Below, piece by piece: positions 16,662 through 25,614 of a stretch of DNA of 64,000 nucleotides. The notes beneath the pieces were generated by a model. It searched no databases and was not told where the DNA came from. It saw only the letters and a list, made by a program, of their open reading frames with translations. The position numbers were made by a program, and so were the translations under genes. The DNA is taken from the IMG/VR virus record IMGVR_UViG_3300028394_000038; one strand, written 5' to 3'. Source of the DNA: a virus. The first letter of the stretch is position 1. Every line of letters begins with the position of its first letter.

Positions 16662-17360
16662 ATGTTTGGATCAAACTATACAGAAAACGGTTTTATTAAC
16701 TATCGTTCTGCTGGAGAAATCAATCAAGCCATGGGTCGTGTTTACGGTTACATGGGTCTTGCCACATTGGTAAGTATGCTGGTCAGTTTCTTTGTGGGGA
16801 CCAATCCAGAGTTAGTGCAGTTTTTCTTTACAGGTGCAATGCATTGGGTGGTAATGTTTGCGCCGTTGATTGCAGTATTTGGAATTGGCTACGCACTTAA
16901 CAACGATCCGCCAAAAGAAACTGCTATACTATTATTAGCAGGCTTTGCGGCTATCATGGGCTTGAGCTTTGCTGTAATATTTGCGGTCTATACTATGAGC
17001 AGTATTTTTAGTGCCTTCATGGGTGCTAGTGTTCTGTTTGGAACAATGAGCTTCTACGGATACTTTACTAAAAAGAATTTAGATAGTTTAGGCAAGTTTA
17101 TGTTTGTTGGATTGATTGCCATCATTATTGCCAGCGTTATCAATATCTTTATTGGTAGTAGTGTAATGCAGATGGTCATTTCAGCATTAGCCATTGTGAT
17201 CTTCATGGGACTAACTGCTTACGACACCCAACAGATTCGTGAAATGGTTAGCGTTGATTCTAGCCCTGCCGTAGAAGTAATAGGTGCTCTAACTCTGTAC
17301 TTAGACTTTATCAATATCTTCTTGAGCTTGCTACAGTTGTTTGGCGATAAAAAGGATTAA
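16662..17360 (+). CDS. Bax inhibitor-1/YccA family membrane protein
   Basis: 7 TM segments; AYDTQ.I and ALTLYLDFINIFLSLLQL signatures. Confidence 0.93.
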   Translation: MFGSNYTENGFINYRSAGEINQAMGRVYGYMGLATLVSMLVSFFVGTNPELVQFFFTGAMHWVVMFAPLIAVFGIGYALNNDPPKETAILLLAGFAAIMGLSFAVIFAVYTMSSIFSAFMGASVLFGTMSFYGYFTKKNLDSLGKFMFVGLIAIIIASVINIFIGSSVMQMVISALAIVIFMGLTAYDTQQIREMVSVDSSPAVEVIGALTLYLDFINIFLSLLQLFGDKKD

Positions 17361-17362
17361 TA

Positions 17363-17860
17363 ATGTCAGTATATCTAATTAAACCACTTGAAAAGAAAAG
17401 CGTAGTTTACCACGTAGAAATGTTTCGTGAAAATGCGGACGGTTCTACTAGTTGGTTTAACTTAGACGAAACATGGCGATGGGGTCAAGGATTTATTGAA
17501 TCAGATATGGATTGTAACCTTCCGTATAAAGATAGTGACCTTGCCTACTGTGATCCTAATGCAGGATGGGGTGCTGAACTAGACGATAGCTGTGCTTGCT
17601 GGTTTGAATTTAGCGATGATATTACTGAAGAAGAACAGGAAGCTATCAAAGAAGCATACTATGAAGGCGGTGCGGCTTGGTTGTTTGACGGCGAACATGA
17701 TTGGCAAGAAGAGGATTCAGCTATTCATGTGTTAGCACCTTTCCAAGTTAGTCTTGTTGAAGATGACGGTACTATTATCGAAGAAAATGTAGTATTAAAG
17801 GATCGTCCAAATCCTAATACAAGTTGGCCGTTTAGTCCAGAATTTCCTAAGGAAGAATAA
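17363..17860 (+). CDS. Acidic hypothetical protein
   Basis: 165-aa ORF rich in D/E/W. Confidence 0.7.
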   Translation: MSVYLIKPLEKKSVVYHVEMFRENADGSTSWFNLDETWRWGQGFIESDMDCNLPYKDSDLAYCDPNAGWGAELDDSCACWFEFSDDITEEEQEAIKEAYYEGGAAWLFDGEHDWQEEDSAIHVLAPFQVSLVEDDGTIIEENVVLKDRPNPNTSWPFSPEFPKEE

Positions 17861-17861
17861 A

Positions 17862-18077
17862 ATGAATTCAGTAGATATGGCAAATAATCTTATTCATCGA
17901 GCAAAGAACTTACAAGAGTTTGTTGTTGAAACCGATGTTCCGGAAGATTTTAGATTTAATGGCGTAATACCATTTGACATGCAGATTAAAGATAGTATAA
18001 TAAGTGCTAAAGTAATAGCACTTGACTTTGATGAAGCTGTTACACAACTTGATAACTTTTTAGAAAGCTGTAAATGA
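17862..18077 (+). CDS. Hypothetical protein
   Basis: ORF with SD. Confidence 0.65.
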   Translation: MNSVDMANNLIHRAKNLQEFVVETDVPEDFRFNGVIPFDMQIKDSIISAKVIALDFDEAVTQLDNFLESCK

Positions 18078-18247
18078 ATCCGCAACACCTATATACAATA
18101 CGCTGGACACAACCCTATGCTACTTATCAGATGCGCCCGTATCTTCGCCAACTTCGTAATGACTATGAAGTTCAGATTGAAGATAAATTGGCTCGTGGTC
18201 AGTTCGATGATGCAAAAGCAGTCTTAGAAAGAATTATGAAATTATGA
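18074..18247 (+). CDS. 57-aa hypothetical protein (not in ORF track)
   Basis: MNPQHLYTIRW...ERIMKL; ATGA overlaps at both ends exactly fill the gap. Confidence 0.65.
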   Translation: MNPQHLYTIRWTQPYATYQMRPYLRQLRNDYEVQIEDKLARGQFDDAKAVLERIMKL

Positions 18248-18534
18248 ACTGGTTGAAACTCAAATTCCGAGATTGGATAAACAGCGCACAAGATATACAT
18301 GAAACATCTACACGATCAAGTCGATTAATTAGTAGTGCTGAAGAAAAGACTATTAATGATGATCCTGTATTAAATTTCAAAGTTTATTCAGCAGTAGGTG
18401 GTAAGGTTGTAGAGTTTAGACGTTATGATCGTAAAAGTGATCGCAATGATAGCACCACTTACATTATTACTAATGATCAAGACTTTGGCGATCGCATTGC
18501 AAAAATTGCAACTATGGAAAATTTAAAAGCATGA
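18244..18534 (+). CDS. Hypothetical protein
   Basis: ATGA-coupled ORF. Confidence 0.7.
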   Translation: MNWLKLKFRDWINSAQDIHETSTRSSRLISSAEEKTINDDPVLNFKVYSAVGGKVVEFRRYDRKSDRNDSTTYIITNDQDFGDRIAKIATMENLKA

Positions 18535-18872
18535 AGATAGAAATTCCAGCAGAAGGTATTATGAAAACAGGCGATTGGGGAGATAGTAAAGTCTACCGAA
18601 TCGCCTGTAATTGTCACGATGAATCCCACAATCACAATGTATGGATAGAAGCAGACGACCATGATATTGTTGTAAACATTTATACTACAGGCAAAACTAA
18701 CTGGTGGAGTAAAACACGATGGTATCATATTTGGACATTACTAACCAAAGGTTATATCGATACCGAATCTAGTGTGCATTTAACCAAACAACAAGCTCTT
18801 AACTATGCAAATGTGTTACAATTGGCAATTAGTGATGTAGAAGAATTTAGGAAGAACAATGTCAAAAATTAA
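18531..18872 (+). CDS. Hypothetical protein (CxC..H-rich motif)
   Basis: ACNCHDESHNH; ATGA-coupled. Confidence 0.65.
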   Translation: MKIEIPAEGIMKTGDWGDSKVYRIACNCHDESHNHNVWIEADDHDIVVNIYTTGKTNWWSKTRWYHIWTLLTKGYIDTESSVHLTKQQALNYANVLQLAISDVEEFRKNNVKN

Positions 18873-19716
18873 AATTGCAGAATTATTTTATAGCGTACAA
18901 GGTGAAGGACGGTACATGGGTGTTCCGTCTGTGTTTCTACGCACATTTGGTTGTAACTTTAAGTGTGCTGGCTTTGGTATGCCACGTGGTGAAGAAAGCC
19001 ATGAAGCAACAGACCTTGCGGCTACACATACAATGATTAAAGCATTTGAAAAATATGAAGACTTGCCTTTGGTTAGTACAGGCTGTGATTCGTATGCTAG
19101 TTGGCATCCAGACTTTAAAGATCTAAGTCCAATGCTTGAAAGTAATGCTATTGTAAATCGAATTATGGAAATACTGCCGCACAAACGTTGGGAAGAAGAA
19201 CATCTTGTCATCACAGGTGGCGAACCTTTATTGGGTTGGCAACGTGCTTATCCAGAATTGTTAGAACACGCTAGTATGGGTAGACTTAAAGAAATTACAT
19301 TTGAAACAAATGGTACTCAGCCGTTAACTGATGAATTTAGATCATATTTGCACAACTGGCGTAAGGCAAATACAGATCGAGAGATTACCTTTAGTGTAAG
19401 TGCTAAACTTCCTTGTAGCGGAGAATCATGGGATGAAGCTATTCAACCACAGATTGTTTGCGAGTACGAATGGTTTGGTACTGCATATTTAAAGTTTGTT
19501 ATTGCTACAGAACAAGACTTTGCCGATGCTGAGTGTGCTATTGCGGCTTATCGTAAACAGGGATTTAAAGGGCATGTATACTTAATGCCAGTAGGCGGCG
19601 TTGAAAGTGTCTATGCAATGAACAATAAGAATGTAGCATTACTGGCAATGAAAAATGGTTTGCGTTATAGTGATCGTTTGCAAGTACCGTTATTTAAAAA
19701 TGAATGGGGAACCTAA
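18859..19716 (+). CDS. queE: 7-carboxy-7-deazaguanine synthase (radical SAM)
   Basis: ELFYSVQGEG, VFLRTFGCNFKC...GCDS, VITGGEPLL, FETNGT, SVSAK, LKFVI, YLMP, RLQ. Confidence 0.92.
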   Translation: MSKIKIAELFYSVQGEGRYMGVPSVFLRTFGCNFKCAGFGMPRGEESHEATDLAATHTMIKAFEKYEDLPLVSTGCDSYASWHPDFKDLSPMLESNAIVNRIMEILPHKRWEEEHLVITGGEPLLGWQRAYPELLEHASMGRLKEITFETNGTQPLTDEFRSYLHNWRKANTDREITFSVSAKLPCSGESWDEAIQPQIVCEYEWFGTAYLKFVIATEQDFADAECAIAAYRKQGFKGHVYLMPVGGVESVYAMNNKNVALLAMKNGLRYSDRLQVPLFKNEWGT

Positions 19717-20168
19717 TGAATAAATGGATTGAAAAATTATTTGGCATTGATAAAATTAAAGCCAGAACAGAAGCCGCATTAAAACAAGCAGAAGAATCTA
19801 TTCAAGTAGCCAATAAAGCCGCAACTGCCGCTGAGGCCGCGCAAAAAGCAGAAGAACTAGCCAAATTAGATCCAAAGGCTCGTGCTACTGCCAAAGGTGA
19901 GCCATATGTAGCAGTACTTGATACTAAAGTAAATCCGGACAATGTACGTAATGGCTTTTTTGAGCTTGACTGGAATGACCTTTTTGTGTTACAATTGAAA
20001 CAAGCTGGATACGGATTTGACGGTGATGCCGACGAAGAGATTGTAGATCGTTGGTTTAGAGGATTATGCAAAGACGTGGCTAGCGAAGAAGGTATTGATA
20101 TGACTGACCGAGGTGCGGGTTATATTAATGTTCGTAAGTTAACCGAAGGTAAAAGCGAAGTTTCATGA
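19716..20168 (+). CDS. Hypothetical protein (coiled-coil N-terminus)
   Basis: TAATG-coupled to queE; motif GFFELDWN. Confidence 0.7.
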   Translation: MNKWIEKLFGIDKIKARTEAALKQAEESIQVANKAATAAEAAQKAEELAKLDPKARATAKGEPYVAVLDTKVNPDNVRNGFFELDWNDLFVLQLKQAGYGFDGDADEEIVDRWFRGLCKDVASEEGIDMTDRGAGYINVRKLTEGKSEVS

Positions 20169-21172
20169 CATATATTTTAGTAGATACTGCTAACACATTC
20201 TTCCGTGCCCGTCACGTCATTAAAGGTGACGCTGATATTAAGTTGGGCATGGCATTCCATATTACACTTAACAGTATCCGCAAGGCTTGGCAAGACTTTG
20301 GAGGCACACATGTAGTCTTCTGTCTCGAAGGTAGATCATGGCGCAAAGACTATTACACTCCTTACAAGGCGCAACGTGCGGCGGCTCGTGCGGCAAAGAC
20401 TGTAAAAGAGCAAGAAGAAGAAACCCTGTTCTGGGAATCATTTGATGCATTTAAAGATTTCGTTACAGAAAAGACTAACTGTACAGTATTACAGAATCAG
20501 CAGTTAGAAGCAGATGATTTGATTGCAGGTTTTATTCAAAGTCATCCCAATGACGATCACGTGATTATTTCGACAGATACAGATTTCGTGCAACTCATTG
20601 CTCCGAATGTTAAGCAGTATAACGGAGTAATGGAACATACTATTACACACGAAGGTATCTTTGATAAAAAGGGCAAGCGTGTTATTGATAATAAAACTAA
20701 AGAAGCTAAAGTAGTTCCAGACCCACAATGGCTGTTATTTGAAAAATGTATTCGCGGTGATACTAGCGATAACGTGTTTAGTGCATATCCTAAGGTACGT
20801 AAGAATAAACTAGAAGAAGCATTTAAGGATAGAGCTAATAAAGGATTCGCGTGGAACAATCTCATGTTGCAACGTTGGGTTGACCATAATGGTGCCGAAC
20901 ATCGTGTGCTAGAAGATTATGAACGCAATCGTAAGTTAATTGATCTTACACAACAACCTGCAGATATTCGCAATATTATAACAGAAACTATCATTGGTGG
21001 CATTAAGCCAAAGGAAGTTACACAAGTTGGAATTAGACTATTAAAGTTTGCACAACTTTATGATTTACAAAAAATCTCCGATCAAGCATCTAGTTATGCT
21101 GATCCTTTAAACGCTAAGTATCCTGCGGCTAGCTATACTTGGCAAGTTCTAAATAAGAAGGAAGTACAATGA
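20165..21172 (+). CDS. rnh: 5'-3' exonuclease/flap endonuclease (T4 RNase H-like)
   Basis: ILVD, SWRKDYY.PYKAQR, LEADDLIA, IISTDTDFVQL, GDTSDNV. Confidence 0.93.
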   Translation: MTYILVDTANTFFRARHVIKGDADIKLGMAFHITLNSIRKAWQDFGGTHVVFCLEGRSWRKDYYTPYKAQRAAARAAKTVKEQEEETLFWESFDAFKDFVTEKTNCTVLQNQQLEADDLIAGFIQSHPNDDHVIISTDTDFVQLIAPNVKQYNGVMEHTITHEGIFDKKGKRVIDNKTKEAKVVPDPQWLLFEKCIRGDTSDNVFSAYPKVRKNKLEEAFKDRANKGFAWNNLMLQRWVDHNGAEHRVLEDYERNRKLIDLTQQPADIRNIITETIIGGIKPKEVTQVGIRLLKFAQLYDLQKISDQASSYADPLNAKYPAASYTWQVLNKKEVQ

Positions 21173-21645
21173 CCGAAATCCATGCAAAGCCTGTAGTAGA
21201 CGGAAAATTTTGGATTGTTGAACAAGACGAAAATAAAGTAGGTGTTCTAAAACTTACTGAACAGAAAAAATTTGTCTTTAGTTCAAAAGATACTATTACA
21301 GTATTTGATAATAAGAAAAAATTATTTGAAGCGTTTGGATCAAATTTCTTTGTAGCTAAAAAGAAAAACGAAGAAGTTGAATCATTAGATAGAGAAGTAC
21401 ACGGATATCCAACTAGCGGCGCACCATATAATCCCATGTATGATGTAAAGAAACACTTACCACTTTTTACTAAAAGTAATAAATCAAAATCGGTTTATTG
21501 TGCAGGCTACTATATTATTAAATTTGATAAAGGTTGGGTAAAGAGTTTTTGTCCTAAACTTATTACTGTTGAACGCTATCAATATGAAGGTCCATTTAAA
21601 ACTGAAATGGAAATGAAACATAGGTTAAACAATGCAAACAGATAA
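21169..21645 (+). CDS. Hypothetical protein
   Basis: ATGA-coupled ORF with SD. Confidence 0.7.
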   Translation: MTEIHAKPVVDGKFWIVEQDENKVGVLKLTEQKKFVFSSKDTITVFDNKKKLFEAFGSNFFVAKKKNEEVESLDREVHGYPTSGAPYNPMYDVKKHLPLFTKSNKSKSVYCAGYYIIKFDKGWVKSFCPKLITVERYQYEGPFKTEMEMKHRLNNANR

Positions 21646-21874
21646 GATTAATACAACTGTATTGACACAGTTTATGAATCAAATTAAGGCCGCTGATACT
21701 AGTAATCAGCGAGAAATTAGATTAGACATTGCTACTGCTAAAAACATACATCACACACTAGCATTAGTAATGACTAGATTAGCAGGCAACTATGAAGGTT
21801 TAATGCAGTCGCAGGCTAAGGAAGAACCAGTAATCACTGTTCAAATGGACGGTGGAGTATGGACGGAAAAGTAA
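21632..21874 (+). CDS. Hypothetical protein
   Basis: 80-aa ORF in the operon. Confidence 0.65.
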   Translation: MQTDKINTTVLTQFMNQIKAADTSNQREIRLDIATAKNIHHTLALVMTRLAGNYEGLMQSQAKEEPVITVQMDGGVWTEK

Positions 21875-21884
21875 TGTAAATGCG

Positions 21885-21891
21885 ATAAATA
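21885..21891 (+). promoter_or_regulatory. Putative late promoter ATAAATA
   Basis: Intergenic GATAAATA upstream of GGAG and ATG 21920. Confidence 0.55.
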
Positions 21892-21919
21892 TATACGTAG
21901 TTATCTGGAGATAGTATAT

Positions 21920-22204
21920 ATGAGTCGACCTAAACCAAATGTAGTACTTGAAAGCGTTAATAAAAAAACGTATAAGAGTGATCAAATCCTAGAAGCGGAA
22001 GCTATTTGGGCTGTTTTCTATCTAGGAAAACCTTTCAACTTAAAAAGTCAAAACAGCCTAAGTGGTTATCCAGGTAGCAAGTATAAGAAAGTCAGTTTTT
22101 CAAATCCTGGCCACGCACATAATCTTGCTAAAAAATTAAACACTTTATTCAATAGCAAAGACTTTGCTGTTTATAAACTAACAACTGGTGAAGAAATAAA
22201 GTGA
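21920..22204 (+). CDS. Basic hypothetical protein
   Basis: KYKKVSFSNPGHA motif; SD present. Confidence 0.7.
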   Translation: MSRPKPNVVLESVNKKTYKSDQILEAEAIWAVFYLGKPFNLKSQNSLSGYPGSKYKKVSFSNPGHAHNLAKKLNTLFNSKDFAVYKLTTGEEIK

Positions 22205-22596
22205 ACAGAAAAACCTACACTAAAATATTCTTAAAATCAGCAGGCGTTGCTGTTACAGAAGAAAATATTAGTGTCAGTATGCGAGTGTGGTGGCAAAACA
22301 ACAGAACCAAAAGCGAAGGTGGTCTGCGTCTAACCGAAAAAGGTTTGGATTTTTTAAGAACTACTTTGGATTTGGCTGTTTACGAAGTTCCGTTTCCAAC
22401 CGGATTCGATTTAAAACCACAAGTGATTATATTTTTGGATAGATTTATAGACTGTCCATATTTCTTAACAGATCGCTCAATAACTGTACTTTCGGAAAGA
22501 AAGTGTTTTGAGTTATACCTTTTTAACGGTGATGTCCAAAAATACGGAATTACCAAAGCCATGCGTAGCAAAAAAGCCACAGAAGAAAATAATTAA
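22201..22596 (+). CDS. Hypothetical protein
   Basis: GTGA-coupled; GLRLTEKG resembles a winged-helix wing. Confidence 0.65.
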   Translation: MNRKTYTKIFLKSAGVAVTEENISVSMRVWWQNNRTKSEGGLRLTEKGLDFLRTTLDLAVYEVPFPTGFDLKPQVIIFLDRFIDCPYFLTDRSITVLSERKCFELYLFNGDVQKYGITKAMRSKKATEENN

Positions 22597-22604
22597 AAAA
22601 GTTC

Positions 22605-22633
22605 TTGACTTTTCTAGCGTTCTGCGTTATAAT
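22605..22633 (+). promoter_or_regulatory. sigma70-type promoter
   Basis: TTGACT-N17-TATAAT with an A-rich UP region. Confidence 0.85.
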
Positions 22634-22685
22634 ACTAATACTGCGAAACAAAAGCAGAACTATTTTTTAACAGACAGGAGCTAGT

Positions 22686-23780
22686 ATGGCAAAAGCAGAA
22701 GTTATCAATCGTCAAGTGAGCCCGAACGGTGCAAAGAACGCTATTCGTAAGGCATTTAAGAAACAGCGTCCATTGTTCCTCTGGGGTCCCCCGGGCATTG
22801 GTAAGTCTGATGTCATTCATCAGTTAGGCGCAGAAATGGATGCTCATGTTATTGACATTCGTTTGAGTCTTTGGGAACCTACCGATATTAAAGGTATTCC
22901 TTACTTTGACAGCAACTCAGGTACTATGGTTTGGGGTAGCCCAAGCGAACTGCCTACAAAAGAGTTTGCTTCTAAATTCCCCCACGTTATTTTGTTCCTA
23001 GACGAAATGAACTCTGCGGCTCCTAGTGTACAAGCGGCGGCTTATCAGTTGATTTTGAATCGTCGTGTTGGACAATATCATTTGCCAGATAACGTTCTTA
23101 TTGTTGCGGCTGGTAACCGTGAAGCAGATAAGGGTGTTACTTACCGTATGCCTGCTCCGTTGGCTAACCGTTTTGTTCACTTGGAAATGCGTGTAGATTT
23201 TGATGACTGGTCACAATGGGCTACTGTAAACAAAGTACATCCAGATGTGGTTGGTTACTGCACCTTTGCTAAGAAAGACCTGTACGACTTTGATCCAAAG
23301 TCTAGCTCACGTGCCTTTGCTACTCCACGTAGCTGGTCCTTTGTTAGCGAGTTGTTGGAAGATGATGACACTAGCAACGACACATTGACTGATTTGATTG
23401 CGGGTGCAGTTGGAGAAGGATTGGCTATTAAGTTTATGGCTCACCGTAAGATCAGCTCTAAACTGCCTAAACCAGAAGACATCCTTACAGGCAAGGTTAA
23501 GAAAATGGAAACTAAAGAAATTAGTGCCATGTATTCTTTAACTGTATCATTGTGCTATGAGCTCAAAGATGCGGCTGACAAGAATGATAAGAAGTTTAAC
23601 GACAAGGTTAACTACTTCTTCCAATTTATGATGGATAATTTTGAAACAGAATTGGTTGTTATGGGTACCAAACTTGCATTGACACAATATCAATTGCCGT
23701 TGGATCCAGACGAGATTGCATGTTTTGATGACTTCCATACTAAGTTTGGCAAGTATATTGCGGCTGCTCAAACCAAATAA
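22686..23780 (+). CDS. MoxR-like AAA+ ATPase
   Basis: Walker A GPPGIGKS, Walker B LFLDE, AAGNR, PLANRF, TPRSW. Confidence 0.92.
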   Translation: MAKAEVINRQVSPNGAKNAIRKAFKKQRPLFLWGPPGIGKSDVIHQLGAEMDAHVIDIRLSLWEPTDIKGIPYFDSNSGTMVWGSPSELPTKEFASKFPHVILFLDEMNSAAPSVQAAAYQLILNRRVGQYHLPDNVLIVAAGNREADKGVTYRMPAPLANRFVHLEMRVDFDDWSQWATVNKVHPDVVGYCTFAKKDLYDFDPKSSSRAFATPRSWSFVSELLEDDDTSNDTLTDLIAGAVGEGLAIKFMAHRKISSKLPKPEDILTGKVKKMETKEISAMYSLTVSLCYELKDAADKNDKKFNDKVNYFFQFMMDNFETELVVMGTKLALTQYQLPLDPDEIACFDDFHTKFGKYIAAAQTK

Positions 23781-23787
23781 GCAGAAA

Positions 23788-23815
23788 ATAAAAGGTGTAG
23801 AAATACACCTTTTAT
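23788..23815. terminator. Intrinsic, probably bidirectional, terminator hairpin
   Basis: ATAAAAGGTGTA-GAAA-TACACCTTTTAT: 12-bp perfect inverted repeat with a GNRA loop. Confidence 0.75.
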
Positions 23816-23816
23816 C

Positions 23817-23845
23817 TTGACTTTTATACAGAATGACTGTATAAT
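23817..23845 (+). promoter_or_regulatory. sigma70-type promoter
   Basis: TTGACT-N17-TATAAT immediately after the hairpin. Confidence 0.85.
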
Positions 23846-23876
23846 ACATATATACAGTAAACATTTAGGAGCAAAA

Positions 23877-25055
23877 ATGGCACATAGTACCGATCCAGTA
23901 ATTGATAAAATTGTAGTAGCACGAGTAGGACTGCTATTACGTCATCCGTTTTTTGGCAATATGGCAACTCGAATGAAGCTCATTGATGCGTCAGATTGGT
24001 TACCAACTGCCGCTACCGATTTCCGTAACTTCTACTTTAACCGTGAGTTTTTTGAGAAAATGACTCCTCGTCAAGTTGAGTTTGTAGTAGCACACGAAAT
24101 CTTGCATTGTGTATTTGATCACATGATGCGTAACGAAGGCAGAGAAAAACAAATTTGGAACATTGCCGCTGACTATTGTGTTAACGGTATCCTAAAGCGT
24201 GACCGCATTGGTGATGATCCTCCTGTTAAGTTCTTCTATGATCGCAAGTACGACAACTGGTCAGCTGAACAAGTCTACGACGAAATCTATAACAAGTATG
24301 ATGAAGAACAACTTAACCAGTTAGGTCAAATGTTGGATCATCATATGGATCCAGAAGGCGGTAAAGATGGACAGCCACAGTACTCTAAAGAAGAACTGAA
24401 AAAGATCCGTGACGAAATTAAAGAAGCAATGATCCAAAGTGCTAATGCCGCAGGTGCAGGTAATGTGCCAGGCGAGATTGCACGTATGATTAAAGACATG
24501 ACTGAGCCTAAAATGGATTGGCGTGAAATGTTGCGTATGAACATTCAAAGTCTTGTTAAAAATGACTTCAGCTTTAGCCGTCCTAACCGCAAAGGTCAAA
24601 TGACAGGTGCTGTATTGCCAGGTTGCAATTTTGACACTAGCATTGACGTATGCGTAGCACTTGACATGTCAGGTTCTATTAGCGATGAAATGGGTGCGGA
24701 TTTCTTAGGTGAAGTCAAAGGCATTATGCAAGAGTTCAAAGATTTTAACATTAAGATTTGGTGTTTTGACACTAAGGTCTATAATGAGCAAGACTATGAC
24801 TCTTACAACGGCGATGAGATTGACGAATACGAAATCATGGGCGGTGGCGGTACAGAATTTGACTGTAACTGGGACTACATGAAGGAACATGATATTCGTC
24901 CTAAGAAGTTTATTATGTTTACAGACGGTTATCCTTGGAGTTCATGGGGTGACGAAGATTACTGTGATACAATCTTTGTTATACACGGTAACGACACTAT
25001 TGTTCCGCCGTTTGGTAGCTATGCATACTACGATATGGAAACTTCAACAGCCTAA
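23877..25055 (+). CDS. HExxH metallopeptidase-like + vWA domain protein (DUF2201-like MoxR partner)
   Basis: PTAATD, AHEILH, NIAADY.VN; MIDAS DMSGS, GGGGTEF, FTDG. Start moved to ATG 23877 after AGGAG. Confidence 0.88.
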   Translation: MAHSTDPVIDKIVVARVGLLLRHPFFGNMATRMKLIDASDWLPTAATDFRNFYFNREFFEKMTPRQVEFVVAHEILHCVFDHMMRNEGREKQIWNIAADYCVNGILKRDRIGDDPPVKFFYDRKYDNWSAEQVYDEIYNKYDEEQLNQLGQMLDHHMDPEGGKDGQPQYSKEELKKIRDEIKEAMIQSANAAGAGNVPGEIARMIKDMTEPKMDWREMLRMNIQSLVKNDFSFSRPNRKGQMTGAVLPGCNFDTSIDVCVALDMSGSISDEMGADFLGEVKGIMQEFKDFNIKIWCFDTKVYNEQDYDSYNGDEIDEYEIMGGGGTEFDCNWDYMKEHDIRPKKFIMFTDGYPWSSWGDEDYCDTIFVIHGNDTIVPPFGSYAYYDMETSTA

Positions 25056-25339
25056 TGTTATCTTTAGATAAGATCAATCCACTTAATGTATTAGGTTGTA
25101 GGGAGGTTGGTGAGCCACCTCCCCATTTCCATTATCTTCAATTAAACCTTAAATATAATATCGTAGCATCTGTTAAACAATGGATATACGAAAATCTGCA
25201 CAGCAGATTCTATCTAGGCGAGTGCCTACAGCTTACTGATAATCAATTTACTATACAAATTAAAATTGGATTTGAAGAGCCAAAAGAGGCCAGTTTCTTT
25301 TTGCTTGCGTGTCCACTTTTAAAGTATACAAATCATTAA
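25055..25339 (+). CDS. Hypothetical protein
   Basis: TAATG-coupled ORF. Confidence 0.65.
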   Translation: MLSLDKINPLNVLGCREVGEPPPHFHYLQLNLKYNIVASVKQWIYENLHSRFYLGECLQLTDNQFTIQIKIGFEEPKEASFFLLACPLLKYTNH

Positions 25340-25379
25340 AGTGATATATAATAGTACTTACAACCAAAGGAGTAAAAAC

Positions 25380-25610
25380 ATGACTGAAACAACTACACAA
25401 CCAGAAGCACAAACTACACCAGAAGCACCAGCATCTGTAGATTTAACTGTACAAGACCTAGCCGGACTACGTTCAGTAATCGATGTAGCAAGTTCACGTG
25501 GCGCATTTAAAGCCGCTGAAATGGAAGCTGTTGGAAAAATCTTCAACAAGCTAAATGCATTCTTGGACCAAGTAGCTAAACAACAGCCTGCACCAGCAGA
25601 AGGACAATAA
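25380..25610 (+). CDS. Hypothetical protein
   Basis: AAGGAG then ATG 25380; motif IDVASSRGAFKA.E. Confidence 0.7.
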   Translation: MTETTTQPEAQTTPEAPASVDLTVQDLAGLRSVIDVASSRGAFKAAEMEAVGKIFNKLNAFLDQVAKQQPAPAEGQ

Positions 25611-25614
25611 TCTA

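Noticed and set aside
23817-23876. ORF-track upstream starts (also 472, 1200, 4149, 14080, 14228, 16424, 19704, 25341)
   Set aside because: They run through promoters, hairpins or upstream genes; downstream ATGs with SDs or stop/start coupling fit better.
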